A stretch of DNA of 64,000 nucleotides, taken from Holophagales bacterium UBA5704. GTDB lineage: Bacteria > Acidobacteriota > Thermoanaerobaculia > Multivoradales > UBA5704. Location: contig DIHE01000147.1 of the NCBI GenBank assembly GCA_002420005.1, positions 36,006-100,005 of the forward strand, read 5' to 3'. The notes under the pieces were generated by a model, which saw only the letters and a program-made list of their open reading frames with translations, had not been told where the DNA came from and did not search any database. The stretch's first letter is position 1, and every line of letters begins with the position of its first letter. The position numbers and the translations under genes were made by a program. This document shows, one piece after another, positions 47,707 to 56,330 of the stretch.

Positions 47707-48396
47707 ATGAATGGAGGACGGAAAATAACCGAGCCCGGAGACTCGGCGCTCACCGCCTGCCTGACCGCCCCACCGGGTGACGGGCACGGCGGAGAAGCCT
47801 TCCCCTGGGAAGGACAGCTCCTCGCCAGCCTGCAGCAGGCGCGGGAGAGCCTCGCCCGCGAGCGCGAGGAGGCGCCCGGTCTCTGTGCGGAGCTGTTCGC
47901 CCTGGCTCCGGAAGCCCGCGCCGCCCGCATCCGGGGCGACGCCCGTTTCCGGACCTGGGGCGTCTGCGAAGAGCTGCTGCACCGCGGCGGCCGGGAGGTG
48001 GAGGCCGCCCGGGCCGGCCACCTCGCGGCGCTCGCCCTCGCCGCCGCCGACGGGCTCGCGGAGGTCCACCAGCCCCCTCTGGTCCAGGATCTTTCGGCGC
48101 GCGCCTGGGCCGCCCTGGGCACCGCCCGGCTCCGCACCGGGAATCTGGCCGGAGCCGAGGAAGCGCTCCGCGCCGCCGCCTTCCGCCTGGAAACGGGGAC
48201 CGGCGACCTGCTCGTCGATGCGACCCTGCTAGAATTCGAGGCGGAGGTCTGCGAGGCCCGCGGCGATCTGCGCGAAGCCGCCAGCCTGCTGTCCCAGGCC
48301 GAGGTCCGCTACCGGGAGGTCGGTGAAAGCGTCTACTGTGCCCGCGCCGGGCAGAGGCGCGAGCGCATCCGCAGCGCCCTCAACCGGTCGCGGTGA
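47707..48396 (+). CDS. Hypothetical helical (TPR-like) protein
   Basis: Ala/Leu/Glu/Arg-rich helical repeats (ARAWAALGTARLRTGNLAGAEEAL). AAGGA RBS before the ATG at 47707. Confidence 0.55.
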   Translation: MNGGRKITEPGDSALTACLTAPPGDGHGGEAFPWEGQLLASLQQARESLAREREEAPGLCAELFALAPEARAARIRGDARFRTWGVCEELLHRGGREVEAARAGHLAALALAAADGLAEVHQPPLVQDLSARAWAALGTARLRTGNLAGAEEALRAAAFRLETGTGDLLVDATLLEFEAEVCEARGDLREAASLLSQAEVRYREVGESVYCARAGQRRERIRSALNRSR

Positions 48397-48441
48397 TCCG
48401 GCCGATCCCGTCTTTTTTCTTGTTCCTGGAGGTTTTGCAGC

Positions 48442-48732
48442 ATGTCCAAAGAGGCGATGGTCCTTTCCCGCAGCTCGTCCGATGCCCCCCCGGCGGTCCA
48501 GGAGTGGCTCCACCTGGCCCTTTCCGCCCCCGTCCGGCGCCGCGCCCTCAGGTACGTCCTCATCGTGGGGGCCATCCTGATCACGATCAATCACGGCGAC
48601 GCCCTGCTGCATGGCGACGTCTCCACCGGGCGGTTGATCCGGATCGGGTTGACCCTGCTGGTCCCCTATCTCGTGTCCACGTTCTCCAGCGTCGCCGCGA
48701 TGCTGGAGGCGCAGCGTCCCAAGGGAGAGTAG
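48442..48732 (+). CDS. NrtS-like small membrane protein
   Basis: ALRYVLIVGAILITINHGDALL...LTLLVPYLVSTFSSV resembles the NrtS nitrate/nitrite transporter family. Confidence 0.6.
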   Translation: MSKEAMVLSRSSSDAPPAVQEWLHLALSAPVRRRALRYVLIVGAILITINHGDALLHGDVSTGRLIRIGLTLLVPYLVSTFSSVAAMLEAQRPKGE

Positions 48733-48735
48733 CGG

Positions 48736-50469
48736 ATGCGAACCCCGCCGCGGTTTCTGCCACGCCTTCTGCAAGGTCTTCTGATGATCACCTCCCTGCT
48801 TTCGTCGTTCCCCGTCGGAGCCGCCTCGACGCCGGCGCCGATCGGCACCGGGGGCGCCGTCGCCTCCGGGGACGCCGCCGCCACCGAGGCGGGGCTCGCG
48901 ATCCTGCGCGCGGGAGGCAATGCGGTGGACGCCGCGGTGGCCACCGCCCTCGCCCTCGCGGTGACCTATCCGGAGGCGGGCAACCTGGGCGGCGGCGGTT
49001 TCGCCGTGGTCAAGCTCGGCGACCGCGTGCTCACCCTCGACTTCCGGGAGGTCGCCCCGGCCGCGGCGTACCACGACATGTTCCTCGACGCCCAGGGGAA
49101 CCCGGTGCCGGGCGCCTCGGTGGCGGGACCGCTCGCCGCGGGGGTCCCCGGCTCGCCGGCCGGCCTCTGGGAGCTGCACCGCACGCTCGGCCGCCTGCCC
49201 TGGGAGCGGGTGGTCGCCCCGGCCCGCCAGCTGGCCGCCGACGGGTTCCGGGTGGATCGCCATCTTCACGAGCTGCTCGACGCGGAGGAGACCCGCAAGC
49301 TCCTCCTGCGTTTCCCGGAGACCGCGGAGACCTGGTACCCGGGGGGCGCGCCGCCCGCCATCGGCACCGTGCTGCGCCTGCCCACCCTGGCGGCGACCCT
49401 CGCCCGCTACGCCGAGCAGGGGCCCGCCGGCATCGCCTCCGGCCCGGCCGCCGCCGCCATCGAGGCCGCCTCCGTGCGCCATGGCGGCGTGCTCAAGGCG
49501 TCCGACCTCGCCGCCTACCGGCCGGAGTGGCGCGAGCCGCTGCGCCTGGAGGCCTTCGGCTGGCAGATCGCCTCCATGCCCCTCCCCTCGTCGGGCGGCA
49601 TCCTGCTCGGCCTGACGCTCGGGCAGCTCGAACGCCGTGGATGGAAGGACCTGCCGCGCTTCGGCGCCGAGCGCAGCCATCTGCTCACCGAGGCCTTCCG
49701 CAACGCCTACGCCGACCGCTTCCAGCTCGGCGATCCGGCCACCACCCAGGCCACCGCGGCCCAGCTTCTCGCGCCGGACTGGATCGCCCGCCGGGCCGGC
49801 GAGATCGACGCCGCCAAGGCCACCCCGTCGCCGAAGGTCCGGCCCTGGCCGGGCGACAAGGAGCTGCAGCTCCCCGGCTCCGGCGAGACGACGCACCTCT
49901 CCACGATCGACGCGGACGGCAACCTGGTCGCCTTGACCACCACGCTCAACGGACTGTTCGGCTGCGGCCTGTATGTGCCCGAGGCCGGGTTCTTCCTGAA
50001 CAACGAGATGGATGACTTCGCCGCCGCTCCGGGCCGGCCGAACATGTTCGGCCTGGTGCAGGGAGAGGCGAACGCCGTCGCCCCCGGCAAGCGGATGCTC
50101 TCGTCGATGACGCCCACCCTCGCCTGGAAGGGGGAGGAGGCGATCGCCCTGGGCGGGCGCGGCGGCTCGCGCATCCCCACGAACACCATCGCCGTCCTGC
50201 TGAACCTGATCGTCGACGGCGATCCGCTGCAGACCGCGCTCGACCGCCCGCGCCTCCACCACCAGTGGATGCCGGATCAGCTGGAGGTCGAGCCCGACAC
50301 GCTCTCCCCCGAGACCCGCACCGCCCTGGAGCAGCGCGGCCATCTGATCAAGGTGAACACCCTGACCGCCAAGGTGCACGCCGTGCGCCGCCGCGCCGAC
50401 GGCCGCGTCGAGGCCGGCTCCGACCCCCGCGGCACGGGACGGGGCGGGATTGTGAATCCGGAAGGGTAG
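48736..50469 (+). CDS. ggt: Gamma-glutamyltransferase
   Basis: GGNAVDAAVA, GNLGGGGF, LDFREVAP, catalytic ETTHLS, LNNEMDDF and PGKRMLSSMTPT. Confidence 0.95.
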   Translation: MRTPPRFLPRLLQGLLMITSLLSSFPVGAASTPAPIGTGGAVASGDAAATEAGLAILRAGGNAVDAAVATALALAVTYPEAGNLGGGGFAVVKLGDRVLTLDFREVAPAAAYHDMFLDAQGNPVPGASVAGPLAAGVPGSPAGLWELHRTLGRLPWERVVAPARQLAADGFRVDRHLHELLDAEETRKLLLRFPETAETWYPGGAPPAIGTVLRLPTLAATLARYAEQGPAGIASGPAAAAIEAASVRHGGVLKASDLAAYRPEWREPLRLEAFGWQIASMPLPSSGGILLGLTLGQLERRGWKDLPRFGAERSHLLTEAFRNAYADRFQLGDPATTQATAAQLLAPDWIARRAGEIDAAKATPSPKVRPWPGDKELQLPGSGETTHLSTIDADGNLVALTTTLNGLFGCGLYVPEAGFFLNNEMDDFAAAPGRPNMFGLVQGEANAVAPGKRMLSSMTPTLAWKGEEAIALGGRGGSRIPTNTIAVLLNLIVDGDPLQTALDRPRLHHQWMPDQLEVEPDTLSPETRTALEQRGHLIKVNTLTAKVHAVRRRADGRVEAGSDPRGTGRGGIVNPEG

Positions 50470-50484
50470 AGGGGGCCAGGCAGG

Positions 50485-50524
50485 CATCGGACGGATCCGA
50501 CCGATCGGACGGATCTGGCGGATC
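50485..50524 (+). repeat. 9-bp tandem repeat
   Basis: CATCGGACG / GATCCGACC / GATCGGACG / GATCTGGCG / GATC. Confidence 0.7.
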
Positions 50525-50573
50525 ACCTGTCTGCTTTGGCATACACCCGGTGTCCGGTGCCGACGACAGCTCC

Positions 50574-50613
50574 TCCTCCTCCCTTCTCCCGCTTGCGGGG
50601 GAAGGGAGGAGGA
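50574..50613. repeat. REP-like 18-bp hairpin
   Basis: TCCTCCTCCCTTCTCCCG-CTTG-CGGGGGAAGGGAGGAGGA, with one G-U pair and a CUUG tetraloop. Confidence 0.7.
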
Positions 50614-50646
50614 AGGCCGGGCACGCACCTTGCCTTCACGGGCTTC

Positions 50647-52134
50647 ATGCGCCTGCGCTTCGCCGCCCTCGCCCTTCTCGTTCCCGCCGCCCTCACCCTC
50701 GCCCAGGAGACTCCTCCCCGGGAGACCTTCACGGAGGAGATGGAGGTGCGCGAGGTCGGCCTTCTCGTCGAGCCTCCGGGCTCCCTCTTGAAGCAGGTCG
50801 GCCTCGATTCGCAGGATCTCCTGGTGAGCGTGGACGGCCTGTTGCGGCCGGTCACCCGCCTCTCCGGCGAAGCCGCCGAGGATTGGACGGTGGCGGTGTA
50901 CGTCGATCGGGTCCTCGCCCCTCCGGAGACGGTGTTCCTCGCCTCCCTGGCTCTCGCGAAGCGCGCGGAGTCCCTCGCCGGGCTGGGCTCCGTCGAGGTG
51001 ACGGTGGCCGATCCCGCGCCGTGGGCCGAGCTGGCGGCGAGCCGCGAGCCGATCCGCATCCGCCAGGTGTTGTCGGAGATCGCCGCCCGCGCACGCCCGG
51101 AGCGCGGCGGCGCTCCCCCCACCGCCTCGTTTCCCGAGGCCGCCCTGCTGCGCCGGCAGTGCGACCGCCTCCTCGCCTGGGCCACGGCGCCCCGCCCGCC
51201 CGGCCCACGGGTGCTCTTCCTGGTGATCGACGGCTTCCCGCTGACCCCCGACGAGCAGAAGGACCTGGCGACCGAAGGGGGCGAGGGCGTGCAGGAACGC
51301 ACCGCCGTGCTCCGCGAGACCGCCCGGCTGCTCGCCGCCTACGGCTGGATCACCATCCCGCTCCCGCTGCGCGAAACTCGGGAGGCTCTCGGCAGCGATC
51401 CTGCGCGGCCCGACAGTGATCTCGACCGCTTCCGGGTCGATCACCAGGCAGGCGGCAAGTACAACATCAACGTTCCTCACCTCCTCCCGTTTCTCAAGCG
51501 GAGCTCTCCCTTCCGGGGGGAGGCCGCGGTGACCCTCCAGGTCGCGCCGGACCTCGCTCCCCTGCGCGCCCTGCTCGATCCCTCCGGCGGCAAGCTGGTG
51601 GGGATCGAGGCGCTGCTCGACCCGGTGATCGAAAGCCTCGATGGCCGCTGGCAGGTCTGGTTTCAAGCCTCCGAGCCTCACGAAGGGCGGTTGCGTCCGG
51701 TCGAGGTCCGGCTGCGCGACGGCACGGCGCTGCGCACGCGGGCCTGGCTGCGCTCCTCGACGCCCGTGGATGCCGCGGCGGCCCGCGTCCGCGCCCTCCT
51801 CCTCGGCGCCACCGGACGCCCCGAGGGGACCCTGCCGGTGCGCATCGAGGCCGTCCGCACCGAGGGCGACGCGATCGCCCTCCGCCTCACCGTGGCGCCG
51901 TTCACCGATCCGGTGCCGGTCCAGCCCGCTCCTCTGCGCCTCTCCTGGGCCTTCGCGGGCGACGGGACCCCCGTGGTCCGCCATCAGCTCCTGCCCGGCA
52001 ACCCGCAGCCGGACCTGGGCTGGAGCACCACCCTGCCCCTCCCCGCGGTCCCGGCCGGCCACCGGATGGCGGTCGCCGTCGACGATCTGGCGCGCGAAAG
52101 GTGGAGCGGAATCGTCCTGAATCTGCCAAAATAG
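50647..52134 (+). CDS. Hypothetical secreted protein (degenerate VWA-like)
   Basis: Signal peptide MRLRFAALALLVPAALTLAQ, TFTEEMEVREV N-terminus and RVLFLVIDGFPL, resembling acidobacterial VWA-associated proteins. Confidence 0.55.
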   Translation: MRLRFAALALLVPAALTLAQETPPRETFTEEMEVREVGLLVEPPGSLLKQVGLDSQDLLVSVDGLLRPVTRLSGEAAEDWTVAVYVDRVLAPPETVFLASLALAKRAESLAGLGSVEVTVADPAPWAELAASREPIRIRQVLSEIAARARPERGGAPPTASFPEAALLRRQCDRLLAWATAPRPPGPRVLFLVIDGFPLTPDEQKDLATEGGEGVQERTAVLRETARLLAAYGWITIPLPLRETREALGSDPARPDSDLDRFRVDHQAGGKYNINVPHLLPFLKRSSPFRGEAAVTLQVAPDLAPLRALLDPSGGKLVGIEALLDPVIESLDGRWQVWFQASEPHEGRLRPVEVRLRDGTALRTRAWLRSSTPVDAAAARVRALLLGATGRPEGTLPVRIEAVRTEGDAIALRLTVAPFTDPVPVQPAPLRLSWAFAGDGTPVVRHQLLPGNPQPDLGWSTTLPLPAVPAGHRMAVAVDDLARERWSGIVLNLPK

Positions 52135-52160
52135 AGCGCTTCCAGGAAGGACACGCTCGC

Positions 52161-52523
52161 ATGCCCATGACGTTTCACGATCGCACCGGGAAACCGGCCG
52201 CCTATACCGAGGACGATGTTCACATCTTCTTCTATTCCGGGGCTCCCGCAGGGTATTCCTTCGACGGCGCCGTCTACACCTACCCGGGGCGCCACCTGGG
52301 GACGATCCGCACCGGCTGGGTACGCGACCACGACGGCCGCTGCGTCTTCTTCACCGACGAGGCGCTGAACAGCAGCCTGCCGCAGCCCGAGAAGCTCGCC
52401 AAGCCCCCCAAGCTGATCAAGAAGCCGAAGCCGGCCAAAGGCCGCCGCGAGACGCCGCCCCCCCGGCCCGCGGACCTGGATGAGTGGTCGGAGCTGTCGG
52501 GGGAGGGGTTCTTCAAGCCTTGA
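52161..52523 (+). CDS. Small hypothetical protein (4-fold beta-flower-like)
   Basis: Repeated short beta units (FHDRTGKPAAY, FFYSGAPAGY, YTYPGRHLG, RDHDGRCV) and a Lys/Pro-rich tail. Confidence 0.55.
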   Translation: MPMTFHDRTGKPAAYTEDDVHIFFYSGAPAGYSFDGAVYTYPGRHLGTIRTGWVRDHDGRCVFFTDEALNSSLPQPEKLAKPPKLIKKPKPAKGRRETPPPRPADLDEWSELSGEGFFKP

Positions 52524-52605
52524 GGACAAGGACTTCAAGGACAACAGGGACAACCAGGACGCGCGTCCTTTTGTCCTTGCAGACCTTGGCGTCCTTGGTG
52601 TCCTC
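52523..52605. repeat. AGGAC/GTCCT inverted array of about 9-bp repeats between convergent genes
   Basis: Five (A/G)GGAC units (AGGACAAGGACTTCAAGGACAACAGGGACAACCAGGAC), then GCGC, then five mirror GTCCT/GACCT units. Confidence 0.75.
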
Positions 52606-52610
52606 TTCTT

Positions 52611-55600
52611 CTAGCCCACCACCCGATCCGCCCGCAGAAACCACAGCTCGAACCGCGGCGGCTGCGGCAGCTCCAGGGCCTCCTGGAGGGCCCGCACGTA
52701 GATGGCGCCCTGGGGGGCGTAGACGGCGGCGCGGCGGGCGAGGTCTTCCGGATCGTCGACCTCGTCGGTCTTGTAGTCGGCGATCACCAGATGGCCGGTC
52801 TCCGGGTCCCGGTAGACCAGATCGACGGCTCCGGTGACCACGCCGACCGGGGCATGGTCGCCGTCGCGCGGCGGCAAGAGGACCGGGAGCTCGCGGGCGA
52901 CCAGGTGGCCGGCGAGGCCGCGCAGGCGCTCCAGGAGGCGGCCGGCGGCGAAGCGGTCGAGCAGCTCCTCGGCGCGCGGCAGAGTGCGCTCCACCACCTC
53001 GCCGCGGGCGAGGGGCGCGAGGTAAGCCGGCAGATGGATGCGCTGGCGCGCCAGCTCCTCGCGCGGATCGGCGGCCAGGTCCCACTCCTCCAACGCCCTG
53101 TGCACCGCTCCCCCGAGGGCCATCGCCGCCTCGCGATCGATCTCATTTCCCCCGCCGGGTGCGGGGCGCCCGCGCCGCGGCTCCTCGTCACCCTCGGCCA
53201 GACGGCGGGCGGCCAGCTCTTCGCGTAGACGCTCGTGCGCCTCCTCCGACGCGGCGCCTCCCCAGGTGCGGTCCATGCGGCGGCCGGCCGCGGCCTGGTG
53301 CTCACGCAGCCGGATCGAGGCGCGGGCGATCTCCTCCACGGCGGGCGGCTCGGCCTCCCCGCGCTCGGCCTCACCGGCCGCGGCCTCCGTCCCGCCCCGG
53401 AGGGCCGGAAACGTCCACAGGGCACCCGTCGCATCCAGCACCCCTGCTCCCCCCGACGCCTCGGCGGCGGCCCACAGCTCCACCAGAGGGGCCTCCGGCC
53501 GCTCCGGCCGCCAGGCGAGGAGCTCCAGGTGGGTGCGCGCCTGCTCCGGCGGGCGCGGCGCGGCGCCGCCGTCCGGCCAGTTGCCGAGCAGGACCAGGCG
53601 GTCCTTGGCGCGCGTCATCGCCACGTAGAGGGTGCGCACCCGCTCGGCGGCCTCGACGGCGCGGCGCTCCGCCTCCACCCGGTCGAAGCCGAGCGTCGGC
53701 ACCCCGAAGAGGCGCATCTCGAACCGTCCCTCCGCCAGCCGGCCCACCTCGGTGCCGAGGCCGCCCTCCCCGCCCGGCGGCTTGTGGAGCTGCAGCAGGT
53801 AGACATGGCCGAAGTCGAGCCCCTTGGCGCCGTGGATCGTCATCACCTGCACCGCGTCCTCGGCGCCGTCCTTCGGACGTCCCTCCTCCGCCTCGCGCGA
53901 CTCGGCGACGCTGCGGCGCAGGGCGCGCAGGATGGCGGTGGGGTCGCCACCCCCCTCTTCGAGCGCGGCCGAGAGCTGGCGGAAGAAGCGGTCGAGGTTG
54001 GCCAGCCGGTACGGCCCTAGGTAGCGCGCCGCCTCCAGCGCCTCGGGCAGGAACAGCCTTCGCAGGCGCTCGATGAAGACGTCGGCGGCCTCGCTCTCGA
54101 AAGCGATGCGCAGGACGGCCAGATGCTCCATCGCGGCGAGCAGCCCGGCCTCCCAGCCGCGCAAGCCGTCGAGCCCCGGAACGTCCCCCGGCAGCTCGGC
54201 GGCGGCGGCTTCGATGCGGCTCTTCAGCTCGGCCAGCCGCTCCCCCCGCTGCTCCCCGTCGAGGCGCGCCGGGGTCAGGTCCGTCATCAACCCGGGGAAG
54301 CCGTGCCGCCAAAGCGGGATCAGCGCCGCATCCGGCACCCCGACCAGCACCGAGCGCAGGACGGTCAGCAGGGCCAGATGATCGCCCGGATCGAGCACGG
54401 CGCGCACCAGGGCCGCGGCTTCGATGACCTCGCGGCGGCGGTAGTAGTGCTTGTCGCGGCCGACGACGAAGGGGATGCGCGCCCGCCGCAGGGCTTCGAG
54501 ATAGAGGTCGAGATCACCGGTGCCGCGCAGGAGGAGCACGGCCTCCTTCCAGGCGACCCCCTCCTCGTCGTGGAGCGCGCGCAGGTCCGCGGCGAGCGCC
54601 GCCGCCTCCAGCTCCGCCGCCTCGACGGCCGCGGTCTTGCCGTCCGGCCGCCGCCAGGAGACCCAGTGCTCCACCGCGGCCCGGCCGGCGCGGACGAAAC
54701 CCGGATCGCCCTGGCGCCGCTCGCAGGCGAGGAGCGGCTCGAACGGGGGCTGGAGGCCCGGCGTCTCCTGCATGACCGGTGCGATGACCCGCGCCACCTC
54801 GGCGAGGATCGAGGGGACGGAGCGGAAGTTTTCCACCAGCCGCTCGACCGCGCCGCCCTGCTTGCGCGCCAGGTCCACGAACCCGTCGTAGGCGCGCAGG
54901 TCGGCGCTGCGCCAGCCGTAGATCGATTGTTTGGGATCTCCGACCAGGAAGAGGCCGGGCCGCTCGTCGCGCGGGCCGTCCAGGGCGAGCCAGCGCAGCA
55001 GCTCGCACTGCACGCGGTCGGTGTCCTGGAACTCGTCCACCAGGAGCTGGTCGATCTGCCGCCGGATGCGCGCCCGCACCTCCGGATGCCGGGCGAGGAG
55101 CGCCTCGGCGCCGGCGAGCAGGGCGTCGAAGGTGGCGATGCCGCGCGCCCGCAGCTCGCGCTCGACCGCGGCGAGCAGCGGGGCCAGGGCGCGCCGCGCC
55201 GCCTCCAGGAGGACGGTATCGATCCGCCGCAGGTGCGCGACCAGCCGCGCGAGCGCGCCGGCCTGGACCCCCAGCTCGCCGCCGACCTCGCCGAACAGGC
55301 TCGTCTCGGTGGCGCCGAGCTGTCCCTTCTCCCACTTGCCGAGGTGCGCCACGAGCTTCTCCGGCAGCGCCTCGTCGACCCACTGGCGCAGCGTCTCCAG
55401 ATCGGGGCCGTCGTCGATCTCGCGCAGGCGGTCGAGCAGGAGGCCCAGGCCTTTTTCGAGCGAACGGGCATTCGGCGCCCGCCCGCCGCGCAGGCGCGGC
55501 ATGATCAGGTCGAAGACGCCGGTCGCCGCCGTGGTGAGCCGGTCGAGGAAGGCGCGCAGCGGTGCCGGACCCAGCGGGTCCTCGTCGAGCGCGCGCGCCG

Positions 55601-56330
55601 GCAGGCCGGAGGTGGCGAGGACGGCCAGGGCTTCGATGATCTCCTGCGGCCCGAACCCGCGCACGGCGAGCGCCAGCAGATGCGGATCGCCCGGCGCGCC
55701 GTACCCCTCCCGCAGCGCCACCTCCACGGTCTCGCGCACCACCTCTTCGAGCAGGCGGCCGTCGGCGTCCACGGTCAGCCGCGGGTGGACGCCGGCCTCC
55801 AGCGGATGGCTCGCCAGGAGACCCAGACAGAAGGCATGGATGGTGCGTACCTGCAGATGGTCCAGCGCCCCGAGCAGGGCGCGGGCGCGCGCGGCGGTCT
55901 CCTCCGGCGGGGGCAGGACCTCCGGGTCGAGCCAGTCCGGCCGGGCCGCGCCGCGCGCCAGCGCCTCCAGCTCCTTGGCGGTGCGGCCGGCCATCTCCGC
56001 CGCCGCGGCTTCGGTGAAGGTGATGGCCACGACGCCGCGCAGCACGTCCGCCGCGGTGCGCTCCGGAGAGCCTTCACCCTCGGGCCGCAGCACCGGCCGC
56101 GCGGCAGGGCGGGCGGCGCGGCGCGCGCGGGCCAGCTCCCAGCCGGCCCCCAGGCTCCAGGCGAGGAGGCGCGCCACCAGCGTCGTGGTCTTGCCGGTCC
56201 CGGCGCCCGCCTGGAGCACCAGCGGGCGGTCGAACCGCCGCTGCGCCTCCTTGCGCGCGGCGCGGTCGGCGGCGCGCAGGATCTCGTCGCTCGGCATGCC
56301 GAAGCGCCCCAGGACCAGCCGTCCGCTCAC
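52611..56330 (-). CDS. addA: UvrD-family helicase with a C-terminal PD-(D/E)xK nuclease (AddA/RecB-like)
   Basis: QAGAGTGKTT, AITFTEAAAAEM, TIHAFC, LVDEFQDTD, VGDPKQSIYGWRSAD, ENFRS, MTIHGAKGLDF, LYVAMTRAK and GAVDLV...IADYKT. GTG start coupled to the addB stop. Confidence 0.88.
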   Translation of the reverse strand: MSGRLVLGRFGMPSDEILRAADRAARKEAQRRFDRPLVLQAGAGTGKTTTLVARLLAWSLGAGWELARARRAARPAARPVLRPEGEGSPERTAADVLRGVVAITFTEAAAAEMAGRTAKELEALARGAARPDWLDPEVLPPPEETAARARALLGALDHLQVRTIHAFCLGLLASHPLEAGVHPRLTVDADGRLLEEVVRETVEVALREGYGAPGDPHLLALAVRGFGPQEIIEALAVLATSGLPARALDEDPLGPAPLRAFLDRLTTAATGVFDLIMPRLRGGRAPNARSLEKGLGLLLDRLREIDDGPDLETLRQWVDEALPEKLVAHLGKWEKGQLGATETSLFGEVGGELGVQAGALARLVAHLRRIDTVLLEAARRALAPLLAAVERELRARGIATFDALLAGAEALLARHPEVRARIRRQIDQLLVDEFQDTDRVQCELLRWLALDGPRDERPGLFLVGDPKQSIYGWRSADLRAYDGFVDLARKQGGAVERLVENFRSVPSILAEVARVIAPVMQETPGLQPPFEPLLACERRQGDPGFVRAGRAAVEHWVSWRRPDGKTAAVEAAELEAAALAADLRALHDEEGVAWKEAVLLLRGTGDLDLYLEALRRARIPFVVGRDKHYYRRREVIEAAALVRAVLDPGDHLALLTVLRSVLVGVPDAALIPLWRHGFPGLMTDLTPARLDGEQRGERLAELKSRIEAAAAELPGDVPGLDGLRGWEAGLLAAMEHLAVLRIAFESEAADVFIERLRRLFLPEALEAARYLGPYRLANLDRFFRQLSAALEEGGGDPTAILRALRRSVAESREAEEGRPKDGAEDAVQVMTIHGAKGLDFGHVYLLQLHKPPGGEGGLGTEVGRLAEGRFEMRLFGVPTLGFDRVEAERRAVEAAERVRTLYVAMTRAKDRLVLLGNWPDGGAAPRPPEQARTHLELLAWRPERPEAPLVELWAAAEASGGAGVLDATGALWTFPALRGGTEAAAGEAERGEAEPPAVEEIARASIRLREHQAAAGRRMDRTWGGAASEEAHERLREELAARRLAEGDEEPRRGRPAPGGGNEIDREAAMALGGAVHRALEEWDLAADPREELARQRIHLPAYLAPLARGEVVERTLPRAEELLDRFAAGRLLERLRGLAGHLVARELPVLLPPRDGDHAPVGVVTGAVDLVYRDPETGHLVIADYKTDEVDDPEDLARRAAVYAPQGAIYVRALQEALELPQPPRFELWFLRADRVVG

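Noticed and set aside
52523..52605. CRISPR array
   Set aside because: The units are only 6-9 bp with no unique spacers, and there are no cas genes. The nearby PD-(D/E)xK domains belong to AddAB, not Cas4.
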